From contig JAITRF010000060.1 in NCBI GenBank assembly GCA_031288535.1, positions 13,519 to 77,518 on the forward strand: a stretch of DNA of 64,000 nucleotides, in the 5' to 3' direction. The notes under the pieces are model-generated. The model was not told the origin of the DNA, did not search any database, and saw nothing but the letters and a program-made list of their open reading frames with translations. This stretch comes from Desulfovibrio sp. GTDB lineage: Bacteria; Desulfobacterota; Desulfovibrionia; Desulfovibrionales; Desulfovibrionaceae. A program made the position numbers and the translations under genes. Position 1 is the first letter of the stretch. Every line of letters begins with the position of its first letter. This document shows positions 17,467 to 26,045 of the stretch, piece after piece.

Positions 17467-17909
17467 TCTCATTTTCCCCGGCCGCCTGGCATAGGGCGCT
17501 TGAACGGCATCTGGAAAGCGCAGGTTTTTCCCTGCGAGCCGTGCGGCACGTACTGTGCACGCAGCTTATTTTTTCCGCGGTTGCCCTGCTGGCGGGAGCG
17601 GCAGCAAGTGTGTTCAGCCTTGCTCCCATAGCCTTCGGAGCGGGTTCCGCGCTCTCCACCTTCAGCCTCTGGCATGTGGCCAGATTCGGGGAAAGGTGCG
17701 TGAACATGCGTTTTTCCGCAGGCTTGGGAATGGGTTTATTTTTCGGGTTTTTTCTTCGCCTTTTGCTTATCGGGGCGGTTCTTGTCCTTCTGCTGGGGCT
17801 GCTCAAACTGCCCGCGCTGCCGATACTGGCGGGCCTGACTTCTACGGTCGCCGGCATAGCGGTCTGGGGAGCGACGAGGCTGTTCGGGAAAACAACGACA
17901 GAGGAATAA
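17463..17909 (+). CDS. atpI: ATP synthase protein I (AtpI)-like membrane protein
   Basis: ORF 17340..17909; ATG at 17463 (MISFSPAAW..). Hydrophobic, about 148 aa, immediately upstream of atpB. Confidence 0.65.
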   Translation: MISFSPAAWHRALERHLESAGFSLRAVRHVLCTQLIFSAVALLAGAAASVFSLAPIAFGAGSALSTFSLWHVARFGERCVNMRFSAGLGMGLFFGFFLRLLLIGAVLVLLLGLLKLPALPILAGLTSTVAGIAVWGATRLFGKTTTEE

Positions 17910-17912
17910 ATC

Positions 17913-18578
17913 ATGGAACATCCGGTGACTTTGGCCACCCTGCTTGACATTCCAGAGGCCTATCATCATGTTTTCTACACTTGGTGCGCGATGGCCGCGC
18001 TTTTCGTCGCCAGCCTCGTATTGCGGCGCAGGATGCAACTTGTGCCGGAAGGCCTGCAGAACTTCGTGGAAATCGTCATCGGCGGTCTGGAAGATTTTAC
18101 GGTAGCCACAATAGGCGAAAAGGGAAGAAAAATTTTCCCTTTGCTCTGCGGCATCTTTATCTTCATCCTGGTCCAGAATCTGTTGGGGCTGCTGCCTTTC
18201 TTCGATGCGCCCACAGCCAACATAAACACTAACGCAGCCATGGCGCTGTTCGTGTTCATCTATTACAACTATGTCGGCCTGCGCTCGTGGGGGCCGCGCT
18301 ATATCAAGCATTTCACGGGTCCCATGCCGATGCTCGTCCCGCTTATGTTGCCTATTGAGCTGGTAAGCCATTGCGCGCGGCCTCTTTCCTTGACCCTGCG
18401 TCTGTTCGGCAATATCCGGGGGGAGGAAATCGTGCTGCTGCTTTTCTTCAGCATGGCCCCGGTGTGGTCCACACTGCCCTCCTATTTTCTTTTCCTTCTT
18501 GCCAAGTGCTTGCAAGCCTTTATTTTTTACATGCTGACGATGATCTATCTGCAAGGGGCTTTGGAGCACGCTCATTGA
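17913..18578 (+). CDS. atpB: F0F1 ATP synthase subunit a
   Basis: Contains the conserved [15 protein letters not shown] motif (essential Arg). Confidence 0.9.
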   Translation: MEHPVTLATLLDIPEAYHHVFYTWCAMAALFVASLVLRRRMQLVPEGLQNFVEIVIGGLEDFTVATIGEKGRKIFPLLCGIFIFILVQNLLGLLPFFDAPTANINTNAAMALFVFIYYNYVGLRSWGPRYIKHFTGPMPMLVPLMLPIELVSHCARPLSLTLRLFGNIRGEEIVLLLFFSMAPVWSTLPSYFLFLLAKCLQAFIFYMLTMIYLQGALEHAH

Positions 18579-18748
18579 AGCATTTTTACTTTGCAAACGC
18601 ACCCACGGCGGGGTGCAGGCCACGCTGGCGCAATTCACGTACGCCGTCAAGCGCCGTGGCGGCAAAGCCAATCTCCCTAAGGCGCCCAGAACGTTTAGTC
18701 GATCGCGGGAACGGTCATCAGGCCACAACATATAATAAGGAGCCTTAC

Positions 18749-19105
18749 ATGCGTAAACCAGTGATTATTATTTCGGGTTTCATCGCCCTGCTCGCGACGG
18801 CCGGTCTGGCCTGCGCCGCCGAGGCGGCCGAGGCGGCCGCCCGTTACATGTCCGACGATGCCATCGGTCTCAGTTACATTGCTGCGGCAATCGGCATGAG
18901 CATCGCCGCCGCCGGGTGCGGCATAGGCCAAGGCCTTGGTCTCAAGGCGGCCTGCGAAGGCACTGCCCGCAATCCCGAGGCCGGCGGAAAGCTCATGGTC
19001 ACCTTAATCCTGGGTCTGGCCTTTATAGAATCCCTGGCCATCTACGCCCTGGTCGTCAACATGATTCTGCTTTTCGTCAATCCTCTGGCAAAGCCTATCC
19101 TGTAA
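18749..19105 (+). CDS. atpE: F0F1 ATP synthase subunit c with an N-terminal hydrophobic extension
   Basis: ATG 18749 after [35 protein letters not shown] is the c-subunit hairpin, preceded by about 35 extra residues ([30 protein letters not shown]). Confidence 0.9.
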   Translation: MRKPVIIISGFIALLATAGLACAAEAAEAAARYMSDDAIGLSYIAAAIGMSIAAAGCGIGQGLGLKAACEGTARNPEAGGKLMVTLILGLAFIESLAIYALVVNMILLFVNPLAKPIL

Positions 19106-19145
19106 TTCCGGTGCAAACCGAAATAGCGTCCTGCAATTTTGATTT

Positions 19146-19183
19146 GGCGGCTGGGGTAAAACTGTGGTTTTGCCTCAGCCGCC
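19146..19183 (+). terminator. 17-bp stem hairpin downstream of atpE (no U-tract)
   Basis: ggcggctggggtaaaac-tgt-ggttttgcctcagccgcc, with G-U pairs allowed. Confidence 0.4.
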
Positions 19184-19338
19184 TCACATCACTCGCGTTG
19201 GATAAAAACTGAAGCTGTCATCCATAATAAATTTAGTGGGCGAAACAACCGGATGCGGCAGAACTTTATTCCCAAGCGTAAACTGTTTTAGTGGCCTTCA
19301 AGGCGGCGTTATGTCATTTTCGTTTAAAATCGCGTAGG

Positions 19339-19983
19339 TCAACAGTCAGGGAAATCCTCGCCAGGCGGCAGACGCTCCCAAATAATCCTGCCCCGGCTTT
19401 TTTTGAACTTGCGCAGCAGCACATACACCGCTCCCGCCCCGCCGTCTTTGGCCTGGGCCGTGCAAAAAGCCAGCACGACGCGCTTGAACGGCACGCGGCA
19501 CAGCCATTGCCGAAGCATGGGACGCAATACGCCCAGGCCTTCCGGAGAATTTCTGCCTCGGCCGGTGATTACCGTCACACAACGTTGGTTTTTCACATAA
19601 GCCTGTCTGATGAAACGGAGCAGTGCATCGTAAGCCTGCCTCGCGTTCATGCCGTGCAGGTCGATATGCCCTTCCTGGCTGTAAGTGCCCGCGCGCAGGC
19701 GGCTGAGTATGCAGGGGTCCAGATCTAGTACCGAGCCTTCAAAATATTCACCGCTGTGCAAAAAGGCGAATTTGGCGTTGTCCTCCAACAGTTCGTACGG
19801 GCTTTTTTCCGGAATGGGCCGTGGCGCACGAGGCAAAGGCAAAGAAGGAGGGGTGACGCTCCGGCCTTTGCCGCCTACGGGCTTCACGTCTTTGGTCGCG
19901 TCCGCGAAAAGGTTTTTATCTTCCGGCGTCAGCATGTTTATCCGCAACCGCGATGCTTGGCGTATTTCAGAGCGGAGCGACAT
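19339..19983 (-). CDS. Smr-domain protein (MutS2 C-terminal-like endonuclease domain)
   Basis: IDLHGMNARQAYDALLRFIRQA...VTVITGRGRNS is an Smr domain signature. Confidence 0.8.
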   Translation of the reverse strand: MSLRSEIRQASRLRINMLTPEDKNLFADATKDVKPVGGKGRSVTPPSLPLPRAPRPIPEKSPYELLEDNAKFAFLHSGEYFEGSVLDLDPCILSRLRAGTYSQEGHIDLHGMNARQAYDALLRFIRQAYVKNQRCVTVITGRGRNSPEGLGVLRPMLRQWLCRVPFKRVVLAFCTAQAKDGGAGAVYVLLRKFKKSRGRIIWERLPPGEDFPDC

Positions 19984-19984
19984 T

Positions 19985-20094
19985 GAGAATGTTCATCCGC
20001 TCTGCACGGATTTACCTGCAAATCCTTGTCGCAAGATTGCCGCAAGCGGGCTTTGCCCGCCATTAAGCGGCAACATCAAGCGCAAAATGGTTTA
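19985..20094 (+). repeat. Near-complete, diverged copy of the intergenic repeat, filling the whole hypB-smr spacer
   Basis: ..ccgctctgcacggatttacctgcaaatccttgtcgcaagattgccgcaagcgggctttgcccgccattaagcggcaacatcaagcgcaaaatggttta. The final TTA is the complement of the hypB TAA stop. Confidence 0.85.
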
Positions 20095-20754
20095 CGACCC
20101 GGCAAGTTTGGCCTGTCGTGCCTTGCGCAGGTAGGCGTACCAGGCGTCCAGTCCATCGCCGCTACGGCATGACAGGGGCAGCACGTTCAAGTCCCCGTTC
20201 AGTTTCCTGGCGAACCGCTCCGCCCGCTCAAGGCTGAAATCCACATAGGGCAAAAGATCGATCTTGTTCAAAACCAGCACAGCGGCAAGATGGAAGAGCA
20301 GGGGGTATTTTTCCGGCTTGTCGTCACCCTCCGTGACGCTTAAAACAGCCGCGATCCCGTCCTGACCGCAGTCAAACTCCACCGGGCAAACCAGGTTGCC
20401 GATATTCTCAATAAACAGGATATCCAGACCCTCAAGAGGAAATTCTTCTATGGCCCTGCGTACCATCAACGCGTCGAGATGGCAGCCTCCGCCTGTGTTG
20501 ATCTGAAAGACCCTGGCGCCGACGGCGGCGATGCGGCGGGCGTCGTTGTCGGTCTGCAAGTCGCCCTCGATCACCCCCATGGAGAATTCTTCGCGCAAAT
20601 CCATGAGCGTGCGTTCCAAAAGCGCCGTCTTTCCCGCTCCCGGCGAGCCGATCAGATTGAGCACCAACAGAGAGCGTGCGGCAAAGGAGCTTCTCAGCTC
20701 CTTCGCAATTTTATCGTTGAACTCCAAAATATTATGTCCAAGCGTCTCGTCCAT
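20092..20754 (-). CDS. hypB: Hydrogenase nickel-incorporation GTPase HypB
   Basis: ORF 20092..20802; likely start MDETLGHN at 20754. GSPGAGKT P-loop and ENIGNLVCPVEFD motif. Confidence 0.9.
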   Translation of the reverse strand: MDETLGHNILEFNDKIAKELRSSFAARSLLVLNLIGSPGAGKTALLERTLMDLREEFSMGVIEGDLQTDNDARRIAAVGARVFQINTGGGCHLDALMVRRAIEEFPLEGLDILFIENIGNLVCPVEFDCGQDGIAAVLSVTEGDDKPEKYPLLFHLAAVLVLNKIDLLPYVDFSLERAERFARKLNGDLNVLPLSCRSGDGLDAWYAYLRKARQAKLAGS

Positions 20755-20776
20755 GCCCGCCTCCAGGCAAACGGCC

Positions 20777-21136
20777 TCAATCCGCCGCCAACATATAATC
20801 AATGCATAATTCCCGGCCCGCCAGCACCTTGTGTCCTATTTCCTCTCCGCACTTCGGGCAGGGAGAAATCAGCGCCGCCGGAAAACCGTGCGCCGTAAAT
20901 TCTGCGCCGCATCCGCCGCAGGCTAGGCGCAGAGGCTCTTCGACCAGTTCCAGGCGTGTAGCGGCGAATTCCGTATCGGCCGCCATGAGCGTGAAAGCCG
21001 TTTCCAAGGCCTCGGGCGATGCATTGCTCAGAGCTCCGCAACGCAAGCGCACCAGGGAAAGTCCCTTGAGGCCGCGTTGTGCCGTTTCCGCGCGCAGCAA
21101 CTCCAGAAGGGAGAGGATCAGGGAAGCTTCATGCAT
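20777..21136 (-). CDS. hypA: Hydrogenase maturation nickel metallochaperone HypA
   Basis: MHEASL N-terminus (Ni site) and CGGCG..CPKCG zinc motif. Confidence 0.9.
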   Translation of the reverse strand: MHEASLILSLLELLRAETAQRGLKGLSLVRLRCGALSNASPEALETAFTLMAADTEFAATRLELVEEPLRLACGGCGAEFTAHGFPAALISPCPKCGEEIGHKVLAGRELCIDYMLAAD

Positions 21137-21377
21137 CGCTTTCAGGATATGCCAAAAGCGACCTTATGCCAAGAAGCGCGCTTGTGGGTTTTCCGGCAGG
21201 CTCAATTCGTCAGGCAGGGGAAGCTCCGGGTTCTGAAGGTATAAATTCAATGCGCAATCTGGAGTGGGTCGCTTCCGCCGCTTTTTTGAGAGTGGATACG
21301 GATGGAGTATATGTGGAAGATTCCAGTTGGGTGGTAGCTGATTGCGTAGTACTCAATTTTTCAACCAGTTCCTCAAG

Positions 21378-21498
21378 TAGTTCAACTTCGAAAAGTTGTC
21401 CTGCTCTGCAAGGATTTGCTTGCAAATCCTTGCCGCGAAATGCTTGTAGGCGGGCTTGCCCGCCGTCAAGCAAGCATTTCAAGCGTAAAATGCTCTAG
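21378..21498 (+). repeat. Full copy of the tri-palindromic intergenic repeat
   Basis: tagttcaacttcgaaaagttgtcctgctc / tgcaaggatttgcttgcaaatccttgc / cgcgaaatgcttgtaggcgggcttgcccgccgtcaagcaagcatttc / aagcgtaaaatgctctag. Confidence 0.95.
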
Positions 21499-21998
21499 AT
21501 ATTTTCTAGACCCTGTGAGCGCTTGCTTTGATTCTTCATTCGATCGCCCTGATTGTGGTGGCCGGAGATATAGACAAAAATATTGATTGCGTATATAAAA
21601 CACCCTAAAGGCAAGGTGGGAGTTTCCGCGCCTGGCAAGCAGCCGGGCCGGAAGCCGTTTCATAAATCGATTTTGTGAGGCTTCCGCTGTCCCCAGGCGG
21701 AGTAACCGCCATAACCAAGCCGAAAACCGCGCTTTTCGGCTAATGTTCTTCTCATAATCGACCGTCAGGTTAATAATGAGATATCATGCAGCCGTGTGGA
21801 CGCCTCGGGCGTAACCTCCGGGGCAGCCGGACGGCGGAGGGCGTCCCCTGTCACCGTAGACCCGGGAGTGCGCCTGTTTTTGCAAACCCGCAGGGTTTGT
21901 CGCCGGTCCGGGGGGAGGCAAACGCCCCCGCCTTTGTTCGCAAGTGTAAGAAACAATGCGCCTTCAAACTCCGAAACGTTACCAAGCGGGGTGAATGC

Positions 21999-22628
21999 AT
22001 GGAAACAGTATTATTGAACGGCCGGGACGACGCTTTTATCCGGGCCGTGGAGGAGAGCAGCGGCCAGGTGGTTGCCCGATGTTACCAGTGCGGCAATTGT
22101 ACCGCCGGTTGTCCGATGTCTTTTGCTTACGACTATTCCGTAAGTCAGGTCATGCGGCTGATTCAGGCCGGGCAAAAGGACGCGGTGCTTTCTTCCAAAG
22201 CCGTGTGGCTGTGCGCGGCCTGCAACACATGCAGCCAGAGATGTCCCAACGAGATCAATGTTGCCGGGGTGATGGACGCATGCAGGCAGATGGCCCGGCG
22301 GGAGAAAAAATTCGCGGTTCGCGCCATGCGCGCGTTTGTCGACGCCTTTCTGGATTCCGTCAAATTTAACGGGCGCTCCCATGAAGTCGGCATAATGGCC
22401 CTGTATATGCTTTATACTGGCCGGGTGTGGACGGATGTGGAGCTCGCCCCGAAGGTTCTGCCCAAAGGAAAGATGCCCCTGTTGCCGCATCGCATCAAGG
22501 GCCGCTCCGAAGTCGCGGCGATTATCGATCGCTATAAACAGGGACTTTCCGACCCGGAACGGGTCAGGGCGCGTCTTGCAAAAGACGCAGGGGCAGAAAG
22601 CGGTAAAGGAAAGGAGGCAGTTTCATGA
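21999..22628 (+). CDS. hdrC: Heterodisulfide reductase subunit C (HdrC-like, two 4Fe-4S motifs)
   Basis: ORF 21786..22628; start METVLLNG at 21999. CYQCGNCTAGCP and CAACNTCSQRCP motifs. Confidence 0.85.
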   Translation: METVLLNGRDDAFIRAVEESSGQVVARCYQCGNCTAGCPMSFAYDYSVSQVMRLIQAGQKDAVLSSKAVWLCAACNTCSQRCPNEINVAGVMDACRQMARREKKFAVRAMRAFVDAFLDSVKFNGRSHEVGIMALYMLYTGRVWTDVELAPKVLPKGKMPLLPHRIKGRSEVAAIIDRYKQGLSDPERVRARLAKDAGAESGKGKEAVS

Positions 22629-23629
22629 GCAAAGCCACCTTTGGCTATTTCCCCGGCTGTTCCGGCTTGGGGACTTCGCTTGAATACGAAAGATCTACAC
22701 GGGCCGTATGCCGCGAACTGGGTCTCACTTTGTGGGACATTCCGGATTGGAACTGTTGCGGTTCCACTCCGGCGCATACGGTAGACCCGGTGCTGTCCTC
22801 CGCCTTGTCCGCCAGAGTCTTTGCCCAGGGTGAGACGGCCGGGATCAGGGACGTAGTCACCCCTTGTCCCAGTTGTCTGAGCAATCTGCGCAACGCCTTG
22901 GAGCATATGGAGGATGAACTGTTCGCGGCCAGGGTGGAAGCCTTGACCGAGCGTCCCCTGGAAGCCGGGCACAGCGTCAAATCCGTGCTTCAGGTCATTG
23001 TCGAGGATATCGGCCTGGACAAGGTCAAAGAGCGGGTGCGGCGCCCTCTTGTCGGGCTCAGGGCCGTTCCTTACTACGGCTGTCTCATGACCAGGCCGGA
23101 AAAAATCATGCGCTTCGACGACCCGGAAAACCCGCAAAGCCTGGATTTGCTGTTGCAGGCCCTGGGCGCGGAGGTGCTGCCTTTCCCTCTTAAAGTGGAT
23201 TGCTGCGGCGGTTCCTTGGGCATACCGGTCCGGGAGTCCGTACCGCGTCTCTCCGGGCGGATACTGGAGCTTGCGGGTGAACTGGGGGCCGATGTAATTG
23301 TCGTGGCCTGCCCGCTTTGCCAGATGAACCTGGATCTGCGTCAGGGACAAATCAGAGCCAAGGGCCTGGATTATACCGTCCCGGTTCCGTATTTCACCCA
23401 GTTGATGGCTTACGCCTTCGGCCTTGGCGACGAGGAAGCGGCTTTTAAGCTGCTGGCGGAGGATATCTCTCCGGCGTTTTCCTGTATGCAGCGCCGGGCT
23501 GGGGAAATTAAAGCCGAAGAAGCGCGCGTGGCCGCGCTCGCGGCGCAAAAGGCCGCCGCCAAGGCCGGGCGGACAGGAAGCGGACAGAGCCAGGCAAAGA
23601 GCGCAGGCGCGGCTGGAGGTGAGGCATGA
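22625..23629 (+). CDS. hdrB: Heterodisulfide reductase subunit B (two CCG domains) with an Ala/Lys-rich C-terminal tail
   Basis: FPGCS..NCCGS and YYGCL..DCCGG are CCG-type motifs. The start overlaps the hdrC stop. Confidence 0.85.
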   Translation: MSKATFGYFPGCSGLGTSLEYERSTRAVCRELGLTLWDIPDWNCCGSTPAHTVDPVLSSALSARVFAQGETAGIRDVVTPCPSCLSNLRNALEHMEDELFAARVEALTERPLEAGHSVKSVLQVIVEDIGLDKVKERVRRPLVGLRAVPYYGCLMTRPEKIMRFDDPENPQSLDLLLQALGAEVLPFPLKVDCCGGSLGIPVRESVPRLSGRILELAGELGADVIVVACPLCQMNLDLRQGQIRAKGLDYTVPVPYFTQLMAYAFGLGDEEAAFKLLAEDISPAFSCMQRRAGEIKAEEARVAALAAQKAAAKAGRTGSGQSQAKSAGAAGGEA

Positions 23630-25584
23630 GAATAGGAGTATTCATCTGCCACTGCGGCAGCAACATAGCCGGGACGGTCGACTGCGCCTCTGTGGCCTCT
23701 GTGGCCTCCACGTATCCGGATGTGGCCTATGCAACGGATATCATGTACGCCTGCGCCGAACCCGGGCAGGACGCGATTATCGCGGCGATAAAGGAACACC
23801 GGCTCACCGGGGTGGTGGTGGCTTCCTGTACGCCCAGAATGCACGAGCCCACTTTCCGTAAAACCGTGGAACGCGCCGGACTGAACCGCTACATGTTTGA
23901 AATGGCGAATATCCGCGAGCATGTCTCATGGATAGGCAAGGATATGGAGGCCAATACCAACAAGGCCTCGGAACTTGTGCGCATGGCGGTGTCAAAGCTG
24001 CGCCTGAACAGGGAGCTCAAGCCCAAATCCTTCCCGGTGACCAAGCGTCTGCTGGTCGTCGGAGGCGGGGTGGCCGGAATTCAGGCCGCCCTGGACGCAG
24101 CCGATGCCGGACTAGAGGTGCTTATGGTGGAAAAACAGCCCACCATAGGCGGGAAGATGGCCAAGCTGGACAAGACCTTCCCCACCGTGGACTGTTCAAG
24201 CTGTATTCTGGGTCCGCGCATGGTGGACGTGGCCCAGCACCCGAACATCACCCTCTATGCCTATTCCGAAGTGGAGAGCATTTCCGGCTACGTCGGCAAT
24301 TTTGACGTGAAGATCCGCAAAAAGGCCGCCTACGTAGACTGGAGCAAATGCACCGGCTGCGGCCTGTGCACGGAAAAGTGCCCCTCCAAAAAATCCTACG
24401 ATCGTTTCAATGAAGGGGTAGGCCCGACAACGGCGATCATCATCCCCTTCCCCCAGGCAATCCCGAAAAAAGCCAGCATTGAACGGGAATACTGCCGCCA
24501 GTTCAACACCGGAAAATGCGGGGTCTGTGCGAAGGTCTGTCCCACGGGCGCGATCAACTACGAGATGCAGGACGAATTCATTGACGCCAAGGTCGGCGGC
24601 ATAGTGGCGGCTACCGGGTATGACCTCATGGACTGGACTGTTTACCAGGAATACGGCGGCGGGCGCTACCCCGACGTTGTCACCTCCCTGCAATACGAAC
24701 GGATGCTTTCCGCTTCCGGTCCCACGGGTGGTCACATCAAACGGCCTTCGGACGGGGAAGAACCCAAGGATGTGGTGTTCATCCAGTGCGTAGGGTCGCG
24801 CGACGTTTCCATCGGCCGACCCTATTGCTCGGGTTTCTGCTGTATGTACACGGCCAAGCAGGCCATCCTCACCAAAGACCACATACCCGATTCCCACAGT
24901 TATGTGTTTTACATGGACATACGTTCGCCGGGCAAGGGCTATGACGAATTCACCCGCCGGGTGCAGGAGGAATATCAGGCGCGTTACATAAGAGGACGCG
25001 TCTCCATGGTTTACCCCAAGGGCAAAAAGCTTATCGTGCGCGGGGCGGATACACTTATGGGCACCCAGGTGGAGGTCGAAGCGGACCTTGTGGTTTTGGC
25101 CGTCGGAGCCGAGGCCGCCAAAGGAGCGCCGCACCTGGCGGAAAAATTGCGCATTTCCTATGATTCTTACGGGTTCTTCATGGAAGGCCACCCCAAGTTG
25201 AGGCCTGTAGAAACCAACACCGCCGGTGTATTTCTGGCGGGGGCCTGCCAGGGGCTTAAAGACATACCCTCCTCGGTGGCGCAGGGCAGCGCCGCCGCGG
25301 CCAAGGCCCTGGCCCTTTTGTCCCGCGACATGCTGGATTCCGACCCCCAGATTGCCGCGGTCAACGTCAATCGTTGCGTCGGCTGTCGCAAATGCATAGA
25401 GGTATGTCCCTTCAAGGCCATTCAGGAAATCGATCTGCGCGGGCAGCCCAAGGCGGAGGTCATTGAAACCGTTTGTCAGGGTTGCGGGCTGTGCAACGCC
25501 ACCTGTCCGCAGGGAGCCATACAGCTTTCCCATTTCACCGACAACCAGCTTTTAGCGGAAGTGGAGGCCCTATGTCGGTTCTAA
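23626..25584 (+). CDS. hdrA: Heterodisulfide reductase subunit A (FAD and Fe-S flavoprotein)
   Basis: MRIGVFICHCGSNIAG, VVGGGVAGIQAALDAA FAD fold, and several CxxCxxCxxxCP motifs. Confidence 0.9.
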   Translation: MRIGVFICHCGSNIAGTVDCASVASVASTYPDVAYATDIMYACAEPGQDAIIAAIKEHRLTGVVVASCTPRMHEPTFRKTVERAGLNRYMFEMANIREHVSWIGKDMEANTNKASELVRMAVSKLRLNRELKPKSFPVTKRLLVVGGGVAGIQAALDAADAGLEVLMVEKQPTIGGKMAKLDKTFPTVDCSSCILGPRMVDVAQHPNITLYAYSEVESISGYVGNFDVKIRKKAAYVDWSKCTGCGLCTEKCPSKKSYDRFNEGVGPTTAIIIPFPQAIPKKASIEREYCRQFNTGKCGVCAKVCPTGAINYEMQDEFIDAKVGGIVAATGYDLMDWTVYQEYGGGRYPDVVTSLQYERMLSASGPTGGHIKRPSDGEEPKDVVFIQCVGSRDVSIGRPYCSGFCCMYTAKQAILTKDHIPDSHSYVFYMDIRSPGKGYDEFTRRVQEEYQARYIRGRVSMVYPKGKKLIVRGADTLMGTQVEVEADLVVLAVGAEAAKGAPHLAEKLRISYDSYGFFMEGHPKLRPVETNTAGVFLAGACQGLKDIPSSVAQGSAAAAKALALLSRDMLDSDPQIAAVNVNRCVGCRKCIEVCPFKAIQEIDLRGQPKAEVIETVCQGCGLCNATCPQGAIQLSHFTDNQLLAEVEALCRF

Positions 25585-26030
25585 AAGAAAAAGAACTGCG
25601 AGTTATAGGTTTTCTCTGCAACTGGTGCTCCTACGGCGGCGCCGATACTGCGGGCGTAGGACGTTTCGCCCAGCCGACGGATTTGCGTATCGTGCGCGTG
25701 CCCTGTTCCGGGCGCATAAACCCGCTGTTCGTTCTGAAAGCCCTGCTCGGCGGGGCGGACGGGGTGCTGGTGTCCGGCTGCCATCCGCGCGACTGCCATT
25801 ATGCGGAAGGAAACTTCTACGCCAGACGCAGACTGGAGGTTCTCAAAGGTTTTCTGCCGGTGCTGGGCATAGACCCGCGCCGTTTTGAATACACCTGGGT
25901 TTCTGCCTCGGAAGGGCAACGCTGGCAGCATGTGGTGACAACGTTCACAGCGAACATCCACGCGCTGGGGCCGGCCTCGTTCAGTCCCGAGGCCCGGGAA
26001 CTGCAAATATTGAACGCGGCGGCGCGTTAA
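25572..26030 (+). CDS. flxD: MvhD-like (methyl-viologen-reducing hydrogenase delta subunit family) protein, FlxD
   Basis: ORF 25473..26030; ATG 25572 after GGAGG. IGFLCNWCSYGGAD..VRVPCSGR..VSGCHPRDCHY is the MvhD signature. Confidence 0.85.
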   Translation: MSVLKEKELRVIGFLCNWCSYGGADTAGVGRFAQPTDLRIVRVPCSGRINPLFVLKALLGGADGVLVSGCHPRDCHYAEGNFYARRRLEVLKGFLPVLGIDPRRFEYTWVSASEGQRWQHVVTTFTANIHALGPASFSPEARELQILNAAAR

Positions 26031-26045
26031 ACATTAGGAGATTCC

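Noticed and set aside
16837-17472. 211-aa minus-strand ORF spanning the fbpC-atpZ intergenic region
   Set aside because: It overlaps atpZ and the likely atp promoter. Only a different frame of part of this region shows similarity (the transposase remnant at 16776-16958). The 211-aa frame itself has no recognisable features.
21210-21482. 90-aa minus-strand ORF (and the overlapping 139-aa plus-strand ORF 21079..21498) upstream of hypA
   Set aside because: The first third of the minus ORF and the last third of the plus ORF are simply translations of the repeat element. The remainder has no start signal or recognisable family. I keep it only as a possible gene remnant at a repeat junction.
19985-21498. 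hypAB flanked by two same-orientation repeat copies, considered as a composite-transposon-like cassette (similarly LysR between 4846-4972 and 6216-6311)
   Set aside because: The repeats occupy most intergenic regions in this window, so bracketing of genes is expected by chance. No target-site duplications or transposase are evident, and the gene composition looks native.
24196-25533. Long antisense ORFs: 445 aa opposite hdrA; likewise 35383..36432 opposite mreB, 38714..39844 opposite dnaE, 17736..18731 opposite atpB, 22532..23548 opposite hdrB and 43447..44454 opposite leuA
   Set aside because: Each overlaps a gene with unmistakable family motifs on the other strand, and each has low-complexity, Arg/Gly-rich translations without motifs. 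I treat them as GC-driven shadow frames.
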